Assembly: GCA_024408655.1 (NCBI GenBank)
Contig: JAKSUV010000001.1
Span: 5,544-69,543 of the forward strand
Length of the DNA: 64,000 nucleotides
From: Bacilli bacterium
Lineage (GTDB): Bacteria; Bacillota_I; Bacilli_A; RFN20; CAG-826
Direction: 5' to 3'
The notes under the pieces were generated by a model. It was given only the letters and a program-made list of their open reading frames with translations. It did not search any database and was not told the DNA's origin. Position 1 is the first letter of the stretch, and every line of letters starts with the position of its first letter. The translations under genes were made by a program, and so were the position numbers. Of this stretch, positions 30,714-39,997 are shown in pieces.

Positions 30714-32429
30714 ATGACAAAGAAATCGATTAATAAACTCACTCTTCTCACCGCTGCCGGTTTAGGCGCAGTGGTTTTACTTGCGAGCTGCACCGCTAAC
30801 TTTTGTACACCCAAAGATCGTTCGCGGATTCTTTACACATATGACACGGGAACTTTGCGTTTTACAACTAAGCAAGATGAATCTCCGGAATGCGAGATTT
30901 TAATAATTGATGGAGAGACAGCTGGTGGTTCAACACCGATTTACTATTATCAAAACCCAGATTACGCGGAGAAAGTCAATGACAAATATCCAAAGGATTA
31001 TATTGAGGACGACTCAAAAACTTTGACTGATGTTATTACTGCAGCAAGTTCCGCTGGCATTATTTGTCCTAGCGATGAATATTGGGAAAGAATGGACTTA
31101 AGAACTGTTGATGGAGCATACACAGCGTGGTCCAAAGCCTTAAAAGATGACAAGGATCCGAGCACCAATCCCATACCTATTAGTAGCCTAACTCTCTCTG
31201 ACATTATTGGAGAAAAAGATAAAGAAACGGAAGTTTTGACTAAACGTGGTTTCTTAGCGGACTATGGCTATGTCAAATTCTCAGAGAATGATGATATGTG
31301 GACTAACTGGGATAAATGGACAGATGAATTACGCAAAGAACCCGGAGAGGGTGGGTTAGGCGTTAATGCTTGTCCAAGCCCTGACTTCACTGCGCTTTAT
31401 AAATCGTATCTACAAGGCAAGGTCAATAACGCCCGTTCATTTATTACAATCGGAAACGGTGGTATTTTTGGTAACTTTGGTTACAACCACAACAAGATTT
31501 TAATGGAAGGAATTAGTTGGGGCGATGCTTGGCACCATGGACTTATTGAAGGCTTATTAGTGTGGCCAATTGCGGCTTTAACTGAAAAACTATCTGCGGT
31601 TTTTGGCATGAATGGTATTGGTCAATTAGGCGCTATTTTACTTGTAACATTTATTGTTAGAACCTTCTTACTCTTAGTGTCTTTTAAGACCACATTAGGT
31701 CAACAAAAGATGCAGATGTTACAACCCGAAATGGCGAAGATTCAAGCGAAATATCCAAATGCGAATACTAACCAAGCGCAAAAACAAAGAATGTCGCAAG
31801 AACAGATGGCGTTATATAAGAAAAACAAGATTAATCCGATTGGATCATTGCTAGTGTTAATTGTTCAATTCCCAATCTTCATTGGTGTGTGGGGCGCGAT
31901 GCAAGGCTCAGCCGCTTTGGCGTCGGATAAAGTAGGTAACTTATACCTTAGTGATTCTATCTGGACGACGTTATCACAAAACCCAGCTCTACCCACTAAC
32001 GACGCTGGATTCTGGACCGCCTTTATCTTAATTATTGTGATGTCTGTTTCGCAGTTTGTGTCGATGAAATTACCACAATGGATGCAAAAACATCGTGATA
32101 AGAAACATCCACAACCAAAACTTACTGCGAACCCAGCAGGTGATAAGACCCAAAAGCAAATGAAATGGTTTGGCTATATCATGCTTGTCTTTATTATTAT
32201 CATGGGCTTTACGCTCCCGGCTGGCATGGGTGTATATTGGTTAGCGGGCGCGTTATTTAGTATTGTACAAACCGTTGTGTTCCAATTTGCAATGCACGGC
32301 ACCTTCAAACGTCAAGGCATCGCGATTAAACGTTTATTTACGGTGAAAATCCCTGGTTTATTTAAAAAGAAAGATCCATCTCAACCAGAGACCATTGATG
32401 TCGATACGAGCAAAAAAGATGGCGAATAA
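30714..32429 (+). CDS. yidC: YidC/Oxa1-family membrane insertase, lipoprotein form with a long extracytoplasmic N-terminal domain (571 aa)
   Basis: Lipobox LLASC. The C-terminal half has the YidC core (QPEMAKIQAKY...MALYKKNKINP...PAGMGVYW). It holds the conserved rnpA-yidC-jag position. Confidence 0.9.
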   Translation: MTKKSINKLTLLTAAGLGAVVLLASCTANFCTPKDRSRILYTYDTGTLRFTTKQDESPECEILIIDGETAGGSTPIYYYQNPDYAEKVNDKYPKDYIEDDSKTLTDVITAASSAGIICPSDEYWERMDLRTVDGAYTAWSKALKDDKDPSTNPIPISSLTLSDIIGEKDKETEVLTKRGFLADYGYVKFSENDDMWTNWDKWTDELRKEPGEGGLGVNACPSPDFTALYKSYLQGKVNNARSFITIGNGGIFGNFGYNHNKILMEGISWGDAWHHGLIEGLLVWPIAALTEKLSAVFGMNGIGQLGAILLVTFIVRTFLLLVSFKTTLGQQKMQMLQPEMAKIQAKYPNANTNQAQKQRMSQEQMALYKKNKINPIGSLLVLIVQFPIFIGVWGAMQGSAALASDKVGNLYLSDSIWTTLSQNPALPTNDAGFWTAFILIIVMSVSQFVSMKLPQWMQKHRDKKHPQPKLTANPAGDKTQKQMKWFGYIMLVFIIIMGFTLPAGMGVYWLAGALFSIVQTVVFQFAMHGTFKRQGIAIKRLFTVKIPGLFKKKDPSQPETIDVDTSKKDGE

Positions 32430-32453
32430 AATTATTCATAAGGAGAAATAGAT

Positions 32454-33431
32454 ATGAAAACTTACGAGGCAAAAAGTATTGAAGAAGCAGTCGAAGCCGC
32501 TGCGACCGAAATGAACATCGCAAAAGAAAATGTTCATTACATTATCAAAGAAGAAAAGGGCGGCATTCTTGGTTTAGGTAAATCCGCCACCATCGAAGTT
32601 TATACGCTTGAAGATGTGTATAACTATGGTGCTGATTATCTTAAGAACGCGATTAAAGCCATTGGTATTGATGTGAATATCACTGCACAAATTAATGATG
32701 AAGGCATCATTCGGATGACGATTAATAGCGAACGTAATCCAATCTTAATTGGTCGGAATGGTCGCACGTTAAGAGCGTTAAATGATTTAGTTCGTTTAGC
32801 GGTCTCCAATCACTTTAAACGTCGGTATCGGGTGTTACTTGATGTCGGTGATTATAAGGATAAGAAGTATTCAAAAATCATCGGTATTGCGCGCCGTGTT
32901 GCTAAGGAAGTTAGCCATCAGCACATCGACGTTAAGCTTGATCCAATGACGAGCGACGAACGCCGGATGATTCACCAAGTCTTAACCGATTTCCACGATA
33001 TTACAACGGAAAGCGAAGGTGAAGGCGAAAGACGCGCGGTAGTGATTAAATACACCGGACCAGAAGAGCACGCGTTCCAACAAAGCGAAGTCTATTACAA
33101 AGACATTATTCATGATCGCCCACGCCGGAGTCATGACCGTCGCCCACGGGAAATTCGTGGTGATTATCATCATGAAGAAAAGCCCGCTAATAGCAACTCG
33201 TTAAATGATTTACTTCACAATAGCGATTCTGATTTCTTAAAAGAAAAACCAGCGGAAACTGCTGCACCAGTCGCGGAAGAAAACCAAGCGAAAGAAGCGG
33301 ATAAGAGCATTGATGATTTACCTAGTGCGTCAATCACTTCCCCCATTATTGATACTTCTAAATTAAACGATTTAGAGGATAAACCAGCGGAAGAAAAACC
33401 GGCTGAAACAAAACCAGAAGAAAATAAATAA
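32454..33431 (+). CDS. khpB: Jag/KhpB RNA-binding protein (Jag_N, KH, R3H) with an acidic/Lys-Pro-rich C-terminal tail
   Basis: N-terminal MKTYEAKSIEEAVEAAA, a KH-like IGRNGRTLRAL, and R3H DERRMIHQVL. The tail reads KPAEEKPAETKPEENK. Confidence 0.85.
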   Translation: MKTYEAKSIEEAVEAAATEMNIAKENVHYIIKEEKGGILGLGKSATIEVYTLEDVYNYGADYLKNAIKAIGIDVNITAQINDEGIIRMTINSERNPILIGRNGRTLRALNDLVRLAVSNHFKRRYRVLLDVGDYKDKKYSKIIGIARRVAKEVSHQHIDVKLDPMTSDERRMIHQVLTDFHDITTESEGEGERRAVVIKYTGPEEHAFQQSEVYYKDIIHDRPRRSHDRRPREIRGDYHHEEKPANSNSLNDLLHNSDSDFLKEKPAETAAPVAEENQAKEADKSIDDLPSASITSPIIDTSKLNDLEDKPAEEKPAETKPEENK

Positions 33432-33447
33432 GTTAGGTTAATAAGAA

Positions 33448-33477
33448 ACGCTCCTACATAGTAGGGGCGTTTTTTTA
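33448..33477 (+). terminator. Intrinsic terminator after jag/khpB
   Basis: A 10-bp stem ACGCTCCTAC-ATA-GTAGGGGCGT is followed by T7. Confidence 0.8.
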
Positions 33478-33532
33478 CTTGCTTTCTTTTGTATTTACTC
33501 ACATACTATACTTAAAGATTAAGGAGTTAACT

Positions 33533-34105
33533 ATGGAATTATTAGTTAAAAATAAACTATTCTCAATTACCGGTGCAAGCCGTGTTTTTAACGAGAAGAA
33601 AGAACAAGTCTACATCGTTAAAGGTAGTTGGGCGAGCAATACTTTCTCAAAGAAGTATAAGAAAACCATTATGGATATGAACAAGAAGGTTTATTACAAA
33701 GTGTGCAATAAACGCATTCATGGTTTAAAACGTTCTTGCTTCATTTATGACGCTAACGATAAAGAAGTTGCCCATGTTAAAGTTGGCAAATTACTTTCGT
33801 TTGGCATGGACTACGAAGTAGAAGGTGTTACCGAGCCATTAACCATTAAAGGTGTCATCTATAGTGATGCGGGCGCCCAAATTAAATTGGGTAATAAAGT
33901 GATCGGCAGCATTGTCCCAGCGCATTTAAAAAGAGTGGCTGGCGGCGCAATGGTCTCAACTGGTATTAGCGTATCAACTCAATTTAAGGTTATCTTTGAG
34001 GATCCGGCAGACGCTCCATTCTTAGTGGCGCTTGTCATTGCAATTGATAATATTCATGACGCCGAAAATCGGGCCATGAGAAACCACACGGTTAACCGTA
34101 TATAG
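33533..34105 (+). CDS. LURP-one-related/YxjI-like (tubby C-terminal-like fold) protein
   Basis: The start is moved to the ATG behind AAGGAG (MELLVKNKLFSITGASRVFNEKKEQVYIVKG). The pattern of short beta-strands is typical of DUF567/YxjI-like proteins, recognised by eye only. Confidence 0.5.
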   Translation: MELLVKNKLFSITGASRVFNEKKEQVYIVKGSWASNTFSKKYKKTIMDMNKKVYYKVCNKRIHGLKRSCFIYDANDKEVAHVKVGKLLSFGMDYEVEGVTEPLTIKGVIYSDAGAQIKLGNKVIGSIVPAHLKRVAGGAMVSTGISVSTQFKVIFEDPADAPFLVALVIAIDNIHDAENRAMRNHTVNRI

Positions 34106-34182
34106 TTATTCATACTGATATTTATTAACTGGTTGTTTTCGCATCCTTTATATTTTTAATATAAAATAATAACGGTTAATTT

Positions 34183-35490
34183 ATGAAACCGGTTATTGCT
34201 TTAGCGACTGCGCCAATTAAAAGCGCACTGCACATTATTCGTATTAGTGGTGATAATTGTTTTTCGATTGTTAGTCGTTTCTTTAGTGTTAATCTAACCA
34301 AAGACAAAAAGAAAAGTATTCATTTTGGCTATTTAACCTATCAACATAAAACCATTGATCAAGTCGTGGTGTTAACTTATCCCCACCCCCACTCTTTTAC
34401 CGGCGAAGATGTGGTTGAAATTATTACGCACGGCAATCTTTTAATTGACCAACAAATTATTGATCTAATGCTCGCAAACGGCATGCGGATGGCTACGAAT
34501 GGCGAGTTCTCTTCGCGCGCTTACCTTAATCATAAGATTGATTTAGTCCAAGCAGAAGCAATCAACGATTTAATTAATGCGACGAGTAAAGAGAGCCAAG
34601 AAATTATTAGCTACGCCTTAAAAGGCGAAACATCAAAACTCTTACTACCTATTAAGAAATCATTATTAGATTTAATTGCGAATCTTGAAGTAAATATTGA
34701 TTATCCTGAATACCAAGACATCGAAGTGGTAAACCGGAAAAAGATTAAACAAGTCTTAAGTAAATGTCAGAACACCATTCGTCAATTAATTAAAGACGGA
34801 AGTGAAGGACTAATCATTAAAGACGGTTTAAAAGTGGCGATTATTGGTAAGCCTAATGTTGGTAAATCTACCCTACTAAATGCTTTATTAAAGGAAGATA
34901 AAGCGATTGTGACTAATATTCCAGGAACTACTCGTGACATCGTTGAAGGCGATGTTAATCTAGACGGCATTACGCTTCATTTATTAGATACCGCGGGGAT
35001 TCGTGTCAGTAAAAATAAAATTGAAACTATCGGCGTAAAGAAAACCTTCAAAGCGATTAAAGAAGCGGATTTAGTGGTGTATTTAAAAGACCGTGTTACT
35101 GATGAGCGTTTAGTTAATCTACCAAAACAAAAAGTAATTGAGGTGATTAATAAAGCGGATCTGATCAAGAAGAAAGATTCTAAGCATTTATATATATCAG
35201 CGAAGAAAGGGAATATAACGCCACTAATTAAAGCGATTAAACGTTTGGCTGGTGTGAGTGACGCTACTTATCATCACCCATCATTCGCTAACGCACGAGA
35301 ACTGGGTTTATTGAAGCGAGCGGATACCTTAATTAGTGAAATCCTAAACGAGAATAAAAAACAAACGCCAATGGATATTATGGCGGTGTTATTAAATGAT
35401 TTATTGAATAACGTGCAAGAAATCTTTGGTGAAAAAGCTTCGTTAGACCTTACAAAAGAAATCTTTTCGCGTTTTTGCGTAGGAAAATAA
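34183..35490 (+). CDS. mnmE: tRNA modification GTPase MnmE
   Basis: G-domain [18 protein letters not shown] and NKADL, and the C-terminal CVGK tetrapeptide characteristic of MnmE. Confidence 0.93.
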   Translation: MKPVIALATAPIKSALHIIRISGDNCFSIVSRFFSVNLTKDKKKSIHFGYLTYQHKTIDQVVVLTYPHPHSFTGEDVVEIITHGNLLIDQQIIDLMLANGMRMATNGEFSSRAYLNHKIDLVQAEAINDLINATSKESQEIISYALKGETSKLLLPIKKSLLDLIANLEVNIDYPEYQDIEVVNRKKIKQVLSKCQNTIRQLIKDGSEGLIIKDGLKVAIIGKPNVGKSTLLNALLKEDKAIVTNIPGTTRDIVEGDVNLDGITLHLLDTAGIRVSKNKIETIGVKKTFKAIKEADLVVYLKDRVTDERLVNLPKQKVIEVINKADLIKKKDSKHLYISAKKGNITPLIKAIKRLAGVSDATYHHPSFANARELGLLKRADTLISEILNENKKQTPMDIMAVLLNDLLNNVQEIFGEKASLDLTKEIFSRFCVGK

Positions 35491-35492
35491 TT

Positions 35493-36269
35493 ATGATCAT
35501 TGATTCCCATTCGCATTTAAATCACGCTTCGTTTATTAAAAATGTCGATCAATATTTAGCAGAAGCAGCACAAGTTGGCGTAAACGCCTTTTTGTGTGTT
35601 GGCTGGGATTTAAAGAGTTCACTCGAAGCGGTTGAAATCGCGAGTAAGTATAGTAATGTTTATGCCGCGGTTGGTGTTCATCCTAGTGACGTTAAAACCA
35701 TGAAACCAGACGATTTAAGCGCAATTGAAGGATTAATCAATAATCCTCGTGTTGTCGCAATTGGCGAGATTGGTTTAGATTTTGCTTATGAAAAAGATCA
35801 CGCTGAACAAGCTAAACAAGTTGAATATTTTATTAAGTTTATCGATTTAGCGAATAAATATAACAAGCCGATTTGTGTGCATAGTCGTGATGCGATTGAT
35901 TTAACTTATCAAACGCTTAAAGCCCATCCTGTTAAGCGCGGTGGAGTAATGCATTGCTACGCCGGTGGTCGTGATTATGTCGCACGTTATGTCGAAATGG
36001 GATTTTATTTTGGCGTTGGTGGAACAGTTACTTTTAAAAACGCCCCGAATGTAAAAGCGGCGGTAAGTGTTATGCCACTCGAACGCATTCTTGCTGAATC
36101 GGATGCGCCATATTTAACACCAGAACCATACCGTGGTCGACCGAATCACTCAAAATTCATTCCATTCACAATAGAAGAAGTTGCGAAAATACACCAAACA
36201 AGTGTAGAAAATGTGACCAAAAAAACGACCGAAAATTTTGTTAAATTATTTGGCGTGGAACATTTTTAA
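35493..36269 (+). CDS. tatD: TatD-family metal-dependent DNase/hydrolase
   Basis: MIIDSHSHLN, GEIGLD and ESDAPYL motifs. The start is set at the ATG 2 nt after the mnmE stop. Confidence 0.9.
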   Translation: MIIDSHSHLNHASFIKNVDQYLAEAAQVGVNAFLCVGWDLKSSLEAVEIASKYSNVYAAVGVHPSDVKTMKPDDLSAIEGLINNPRVVAIGEIGLDFAYEKDHAEQAKQVEYFIKFIDLANKYNKPICVHSRDAIDLTYQTLKAHPVKRGGVMHCYAGGRDYVARYVEMGFYFGVGGTVTFKNAPNVKAAVSVMPLERILAESDAPYLTPEPYRGRPNHSKFIPFTIEEVAKIHQTSVENVTKKTTENFVKLFGVEHF

Positions 36270-36531
36270 TTTTCTTATTAATCTATTTTGCTTTTACTTA
36301 TCGGTATATTTATATAGTAGTTCACGAGTTTATGCGCCTTTCAAAATACGCTAAATGTTTCACGTGGAACTATACACTATATATCTTTATATAATAAAAG
36401 ATAGATAGGACCGAAGGAATTTTAGGAAAAATCAGTAAAAGTACGATAACTAAAAGCGTTTAGATGATTGAACAAAGAAAAGCGCCCATTTTATCGCGAA
36501 AATTTTGTTGTGAAACCTTTAGCGCACTCAT

Positions 36532-36537
36532 TATAAT
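36532..36537 (+). promoter_or_regulatory. Candidate -10 box TATAAT 8 nt upstream of the rsmA ATG (possible leaderless mRNA)
   Basis: TTGTGA (36508-36513), 18 nt, then TATAAT (36532-36537), then 8 nt, then the ATG at 36546. No SD lies between them. Confidence 0.3.
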
Positions 36538-36545
36538 TATTAGGT

Positions 36546-37349
36546 ATGGACATTAACGCCTGCTACCAACAAATTAAGGCAATGGCTGAGTTTGCCAATA
36601 AAGAACTTGGGCAAAATTATTTAACTAATCCCAAAATTGCTGAGAAAATGGTGGAGTTGTTAGACATAAAACCAACCGATAATGTATTAGAGGTTGGGGC
36701 AGGGTTTGGTGCTCTTAGTGTTTTCTTATTAGATAGTCATTATAAAACCATAACCTTAAACGAAGTTGATCCACGTGCGGTATCTTATCTTGATGATTTA
36801 GTAGAACACGCCCGGCGTGCGTATGTCGTTAATAAGTCCGCGCTCAAGTTAGATGCAAAAAGCTACAATAAAGTCATCGGTAATTTGCCTTACTATATTA
36901 CCAATGATTTATTAGAACATTTCTTTGCCAAATGTGACGCTGAGAGATACATATTTATGGTGCAAAAGGAAGTACTTAATCGTCTTGTTTGCCATGAAAA
37001 TACCGCGGATTACGGTCCATTAGCGATTCTCGTTAATTATCTAGGTGAGATTAAAAAAGAATTCGATGTTGGGAAGGAAAATTTTTTGCCTACCCCACAC
37101 ATTGCGTCCACGGTTTTTTCACTCAATAAAAAAGCCAAACAAAAAATTGATAAATACCAATATCTCCAATTTTTAAAGCGGATGTTTTTACACCGGAGAA
37201 AAACTATTTATAACAATTTGTCACTCTATTTAATGAATAAAGAAAAAGCGAAAAAGATTTTGGATGATTTAAAAATTTCCATCTTAACGCGTCCTGAACA
37301 AATTACGCCAAAGACGTATTTAAGTATCTTCCGTTTAACTATTTGCTAA
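36546..37349 (+). CDS. rsmA: 16S rRNA (adenine1518/1519-N6)-dimethyltransferase RsmA/KsgA
   Basis: LGQNYL, the SAM motif VLEVGAGFGALS and GNLPYYI. Confidence 0.92.
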   Translation: MDINACYQQIKAMAEFANKELGQNYLTNPKIAEKMVELLDIKPTDNVLEVGAGFGALSVFLLDSHYKTITLNEVDPRAVSYLDDLVEHARRAYVVNKSALKLDAKSYNKVIGNLPYYITNDLLEHFFAKCDAERYIFMVQKEVLNRLVCHENTADYGPLAILVNYLGEIKKEFDVGKENFLPTPHIASTVFSLNKKAKQKIDKYQYLQFLKRMFLHRRKTIYNNLSLYLMNKEKAKKILDDLKISILTRPEQITPKTYLSIFRLTIC

Positions 37350-37364
37350 AATAGTTATGGTCCT

Positions 37365-38222
37365 ATGTATTTAAAAGCGAACGCAAAAATTAATTTAGTG
37401 CTGAATGTTAAAGGCAAACGTCCCGATGGTTACCATGATTTAGACATGATTGTTTTACCAGTGGGGCTCAATGATGTCATTGCTGTTAGTCGCGTGTTCT
37501 CGAAGAAGAAGAAAGCGCGTGTGCTATTTGATGATGAAGAAAAACAAATTGCGAATAATATTTGCCAAAAAGTAATTGATATGATGATGACGCAGTTTAA
37601 TATTAAGAAGCGTTACGAATTTTCAATTTATAAAAAGATTCCAATTGGTGCAGGTTTAGGTGGTGGTAGCAGTGACGCCGCCGCAATCTTTAATTTTTAT
37701 CGCGATAAATTTAAATTAACATCTATCACCGATGATGATGCGATGGCAATGCTAAAAGATATTGGTTCGGATATTCCCTTCTTTGTGGTGAATCGTCCTG
37801 CACGGGTGTTTGGGCGTGGTGAAGATACGCGCGTAATCCAAGTGATGAAAGACTATTATGTGTTAATTGTAAAACCTCAAATGAATTTAAGTACTTCGGA
37901 AATCTATCACGATTTAGATGACACTAAAATTCCGGTGTATAACATTAATCAAGTCATCAAAGGCCTAGCGACAGGGAACGATAATCTCATTGCGGAAAAT
38001 ATTGGTAACGCTTTGGAAACTCCAGCGATTGCTAAATGTCCAAAGATTAAAGAAGTTAAAGATTATTTAAAACGTAACGGTTTCCCGATTACTTTAATGA
38101 CAGGATCAGGCTCAGCGGTATTTAGCTTGTCCACTAATCGTCAACATATTGAACAAATGGCGACCACTTTGAAACAATTACATTATCAAGTGTTTGTTAC
38201 CACCGTTTTACGAGGGGAGTAG
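37365..38222 (+). CDS. ispE: 4-diphosphocytidyl-2-C-methyl-D-erythritol kinase (GHMP kinase)
   Basis: KINLVLNV...RPDGYHDL and the GHMP motif PIGAGLGGGSSDAAA. The ksgA-ispE synteny matches Bacillus. Confidence 0.88.
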   Translation: MYLKANAKINLVLNVKGKRPDGYHDLDMIVLPVGLNDVIAVSRVFSKKKKARVLFDDEEKQIANNICQKVIDMMMTQFNIKKRYEFSIYKKIPIGAGLGGGSSDAAAIFNFYRDKFKLTSITDDDAMAMLKDIGSDIPFFVVNRPARVFGRGEDTRVIQVMKDYYVLIVKPQMNLSTSEIYHDLDDTKIPVYNINQVIKGLATGNDNLIAENIGNALETPAIAKCPKIKEVKDYLKRNGFPITLMTGSGSAVFSLSTNRQHIEQMATTLKQLHYQVFVTTVLRGE

Positions 38223-38233
38223 AATAATAGAGT

Positions 38234-39217
38234 ATGGCACATTTAACAGTTATTATCTTAGCGGCGGGGAAAGGTACCCGCATGAAGAGCGCGAGTAAAC
38301 ATTACTCGAAAGTGGCGTTCCCGATTTTAGGTGAACCAATTGTGAGTTATGTTCTTGACGCAGTTAAGGGCGTGAAGCCTCACACAATTGTCACCATTGT
38401 TGGTTTCGGTGGCGAAACTACCAAGAAAATCGTTCATGGCCAAAGCGAAATTGTCTGGCAAAAAGAACAAAAAGGCACTGGTCACGCGGTTTTACAAGCG
38501 AAGAAATATATTAAAAATAATAAAAACGATATGACTTTAGTATTGTGTGGCGATGCACCATTAATTCGGACGGAAACGCTTAAAAAATTAGTCGCCTTCC
38601 ATACTAAAAATCATAACGACCAAACTTTATTAAGCGCAATCGTTCCTGATCCATTTGGGTATGGGCGAATCGTGCGTGACTCTTCGAAAAATTTAGTAAA
38701 AGTGGTGGAGCAAACTGACACAACTTTAGAAGAAGCGCGGATTAAGGAAGTGAATACTGGAGTAGTTATCTTTAATAACACTGCGTTACTTAAAGGTCTA
38801 AGTAAGTTAACTAACAAAAACGCTAAACAGGAATATTATCTTACTCAACTTATCTCTATCTTCTTACGTGACAAGAGGAAAGTGGGGGTAATGATTACTG
38901 ATCACCCAGAAGAGATGGATGGAATTAATGATCGTTATCAATTAAGCGTTGCCCAAAGCAAAATCCAAGCGCGCATCAACCAGGCGCATATGTTTAATGG
39001 TGTTTCTGTTATGAGTTTGAATACAGTTTTTATTGGTCCGTATGTCAAAATTGGACCTGATACAGTGATTGAACCGAACGCAGTCATCCTTGGTCATACG
39101 ACAATCGGCAAAGAGGCTCATATCGGTGCTAATTCATACATCGTAGACTCAAATATTAAGAGCGGTATGCGCGTGGAACCATCGTCTTATATTAAGAATA
39201 ATAAGAAGGCAAAATAG
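38234..39217 (+). CDS. glmU: GlmU-like sugar-1-phosphate nucleotidyltransferase with a truncated left-handed beta-helix (327 aa; acetyltransferase part missing)
   Basis: LAAGKGTRMKS and the pyrophosphorylase domain are intact. Only about 75 aa of hexapeptide repeats follow, against about 200 aa in bifunctional GlmU. Confidence 0.7.
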   Translation: MAHLTVIILAAGKGTRMKSASKHYSKVAFPILGEPIVSYVLDAVKGVKPHTIVTIVGFGGETTKKIVHGQSEIVWQKEQKGTGHAVLQAKKYIKNNKNDMTLVLCGDAPLIRTETLKKLVAFHTKNHNDQTLLSAIVPDPFGYGRIVRDSSKNLVKVVEQTDTTLEEARIKEVNTGVVIFNNTALLKGLSKLTNKNAKQEYYLTQLISIFLRDKRKVGVMITDHPEEMDGINDRYQLSVAQSKIQARINQAHMFNGVSVMSLNTVFIGPYVKIGPDTVIEPNAVILGHTTIGKEAHIGANSYIVDSNIKSGMRVEPSSYIKNNKKAK

Positions 39218-39277
39218 GCCCGCACTTGCTTTTTTTGAACAAAAAAGTATAAAATATACTAGAAATAAGGAGAATTT

Positions 39278-39937
39278 ATGAAAACAATTCCAACAAAATT
39301 AATTAGAAACATCGCTTGTTTAATCACTGGCGTTGTTGGCGTTGCCACAACGGTGGTTGCCATTTTACAGGTAGCAGGCGTCTCTGGTAGTCCTGCCGAG
39401 TCATTCCTTCAATACCTCATCGGTGCTGCTTTCTTAGTAACCGGTATTTCCTTCGTCGTGGTTGGCATTATGAAAAAGCCGGTCGACGGGACAGCGGGTA
39501 TCCAAAACATCATGTTATCCACTCTTTGTCTTGGTGCTGGTATCTATTTCTGTATCCCAGGCAAAGACAGTGCATCATGGGCGTTAAATGGCATTGTCAC
39601 TTTTGTCATTCCGCTATTTGTTGCCACGTTTGGCACAATCCTTTTAGTCCGTGCGCTCTGCGCAGCGGTTGCTAAAAAAGGTGCGAAGTCGGTTGCCTCT
39701 TATCTCGTTGCTGGTGCTATTGCGGTAGCTTTAGGTACTATCTTTGCGGTATTCAACTACAAAGAAAACGAAGTGACGATGGGCTTATCTTGGGCAGTTC
39801 TTGGTATTGTCATGATTACGATTGGCGTGGTCGCTGGTGTTCGTATGTATAAAGAACACGCTGCGAAGGCTGCTATTCCTGCTGAAGCTAAAGAAGAAAA
39901 GAAAGCGGAAAAGAAAGCACACAAAGACGAAAAGTAA
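39278..39937 (+). CDS. Polytopic membrane protein (about 6 TM, possibly HdeD/DUF308-like) with a Lys/Glu-rich tail
   Basis: Six Gly/Ala-rich hydrophobic segments. SD AAGGAGAA upstream. The tail reads AEAKEEKKAEKKAHKDEK. Confidence 0.6.
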   Translation: MKTIPTKLIRNIACLITGVVGVATTVVAILQVAGVSGSPAESFLQYLIGAAFLVTGISFVVVGIMKKPVDGTAGIQNIMLSTLCLGAGIYFCIPGKDSASWALNGIVTFVIPLFVATFGTILLVRALCAAVAKKGAKSVASYLVAGAIAVALGTIFAVFNYKENEVTMGLSWAVLGIVMITIGVVAGVRMYKEHAAKAAIPAEAKEEKKAEKKAHKDEK

Positions 39938-39951
39938 TTCGTTAAATAATT

Positions 39952-39987
39952 AAAAAAAGCGGTCGATTGGTCGACCGCTTTTATTTT
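39952..39987. terminator. Bidirectional intrinsic terminator between convergent membrane-protein genes
   Basis: A7, then AGCGGTCGA-TTGG-TCGACCGCT (9-bp stem), then TTTTATTTT. Confidence 0.8.
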
Positions 39988-39997
39988 GTAAATTTAA

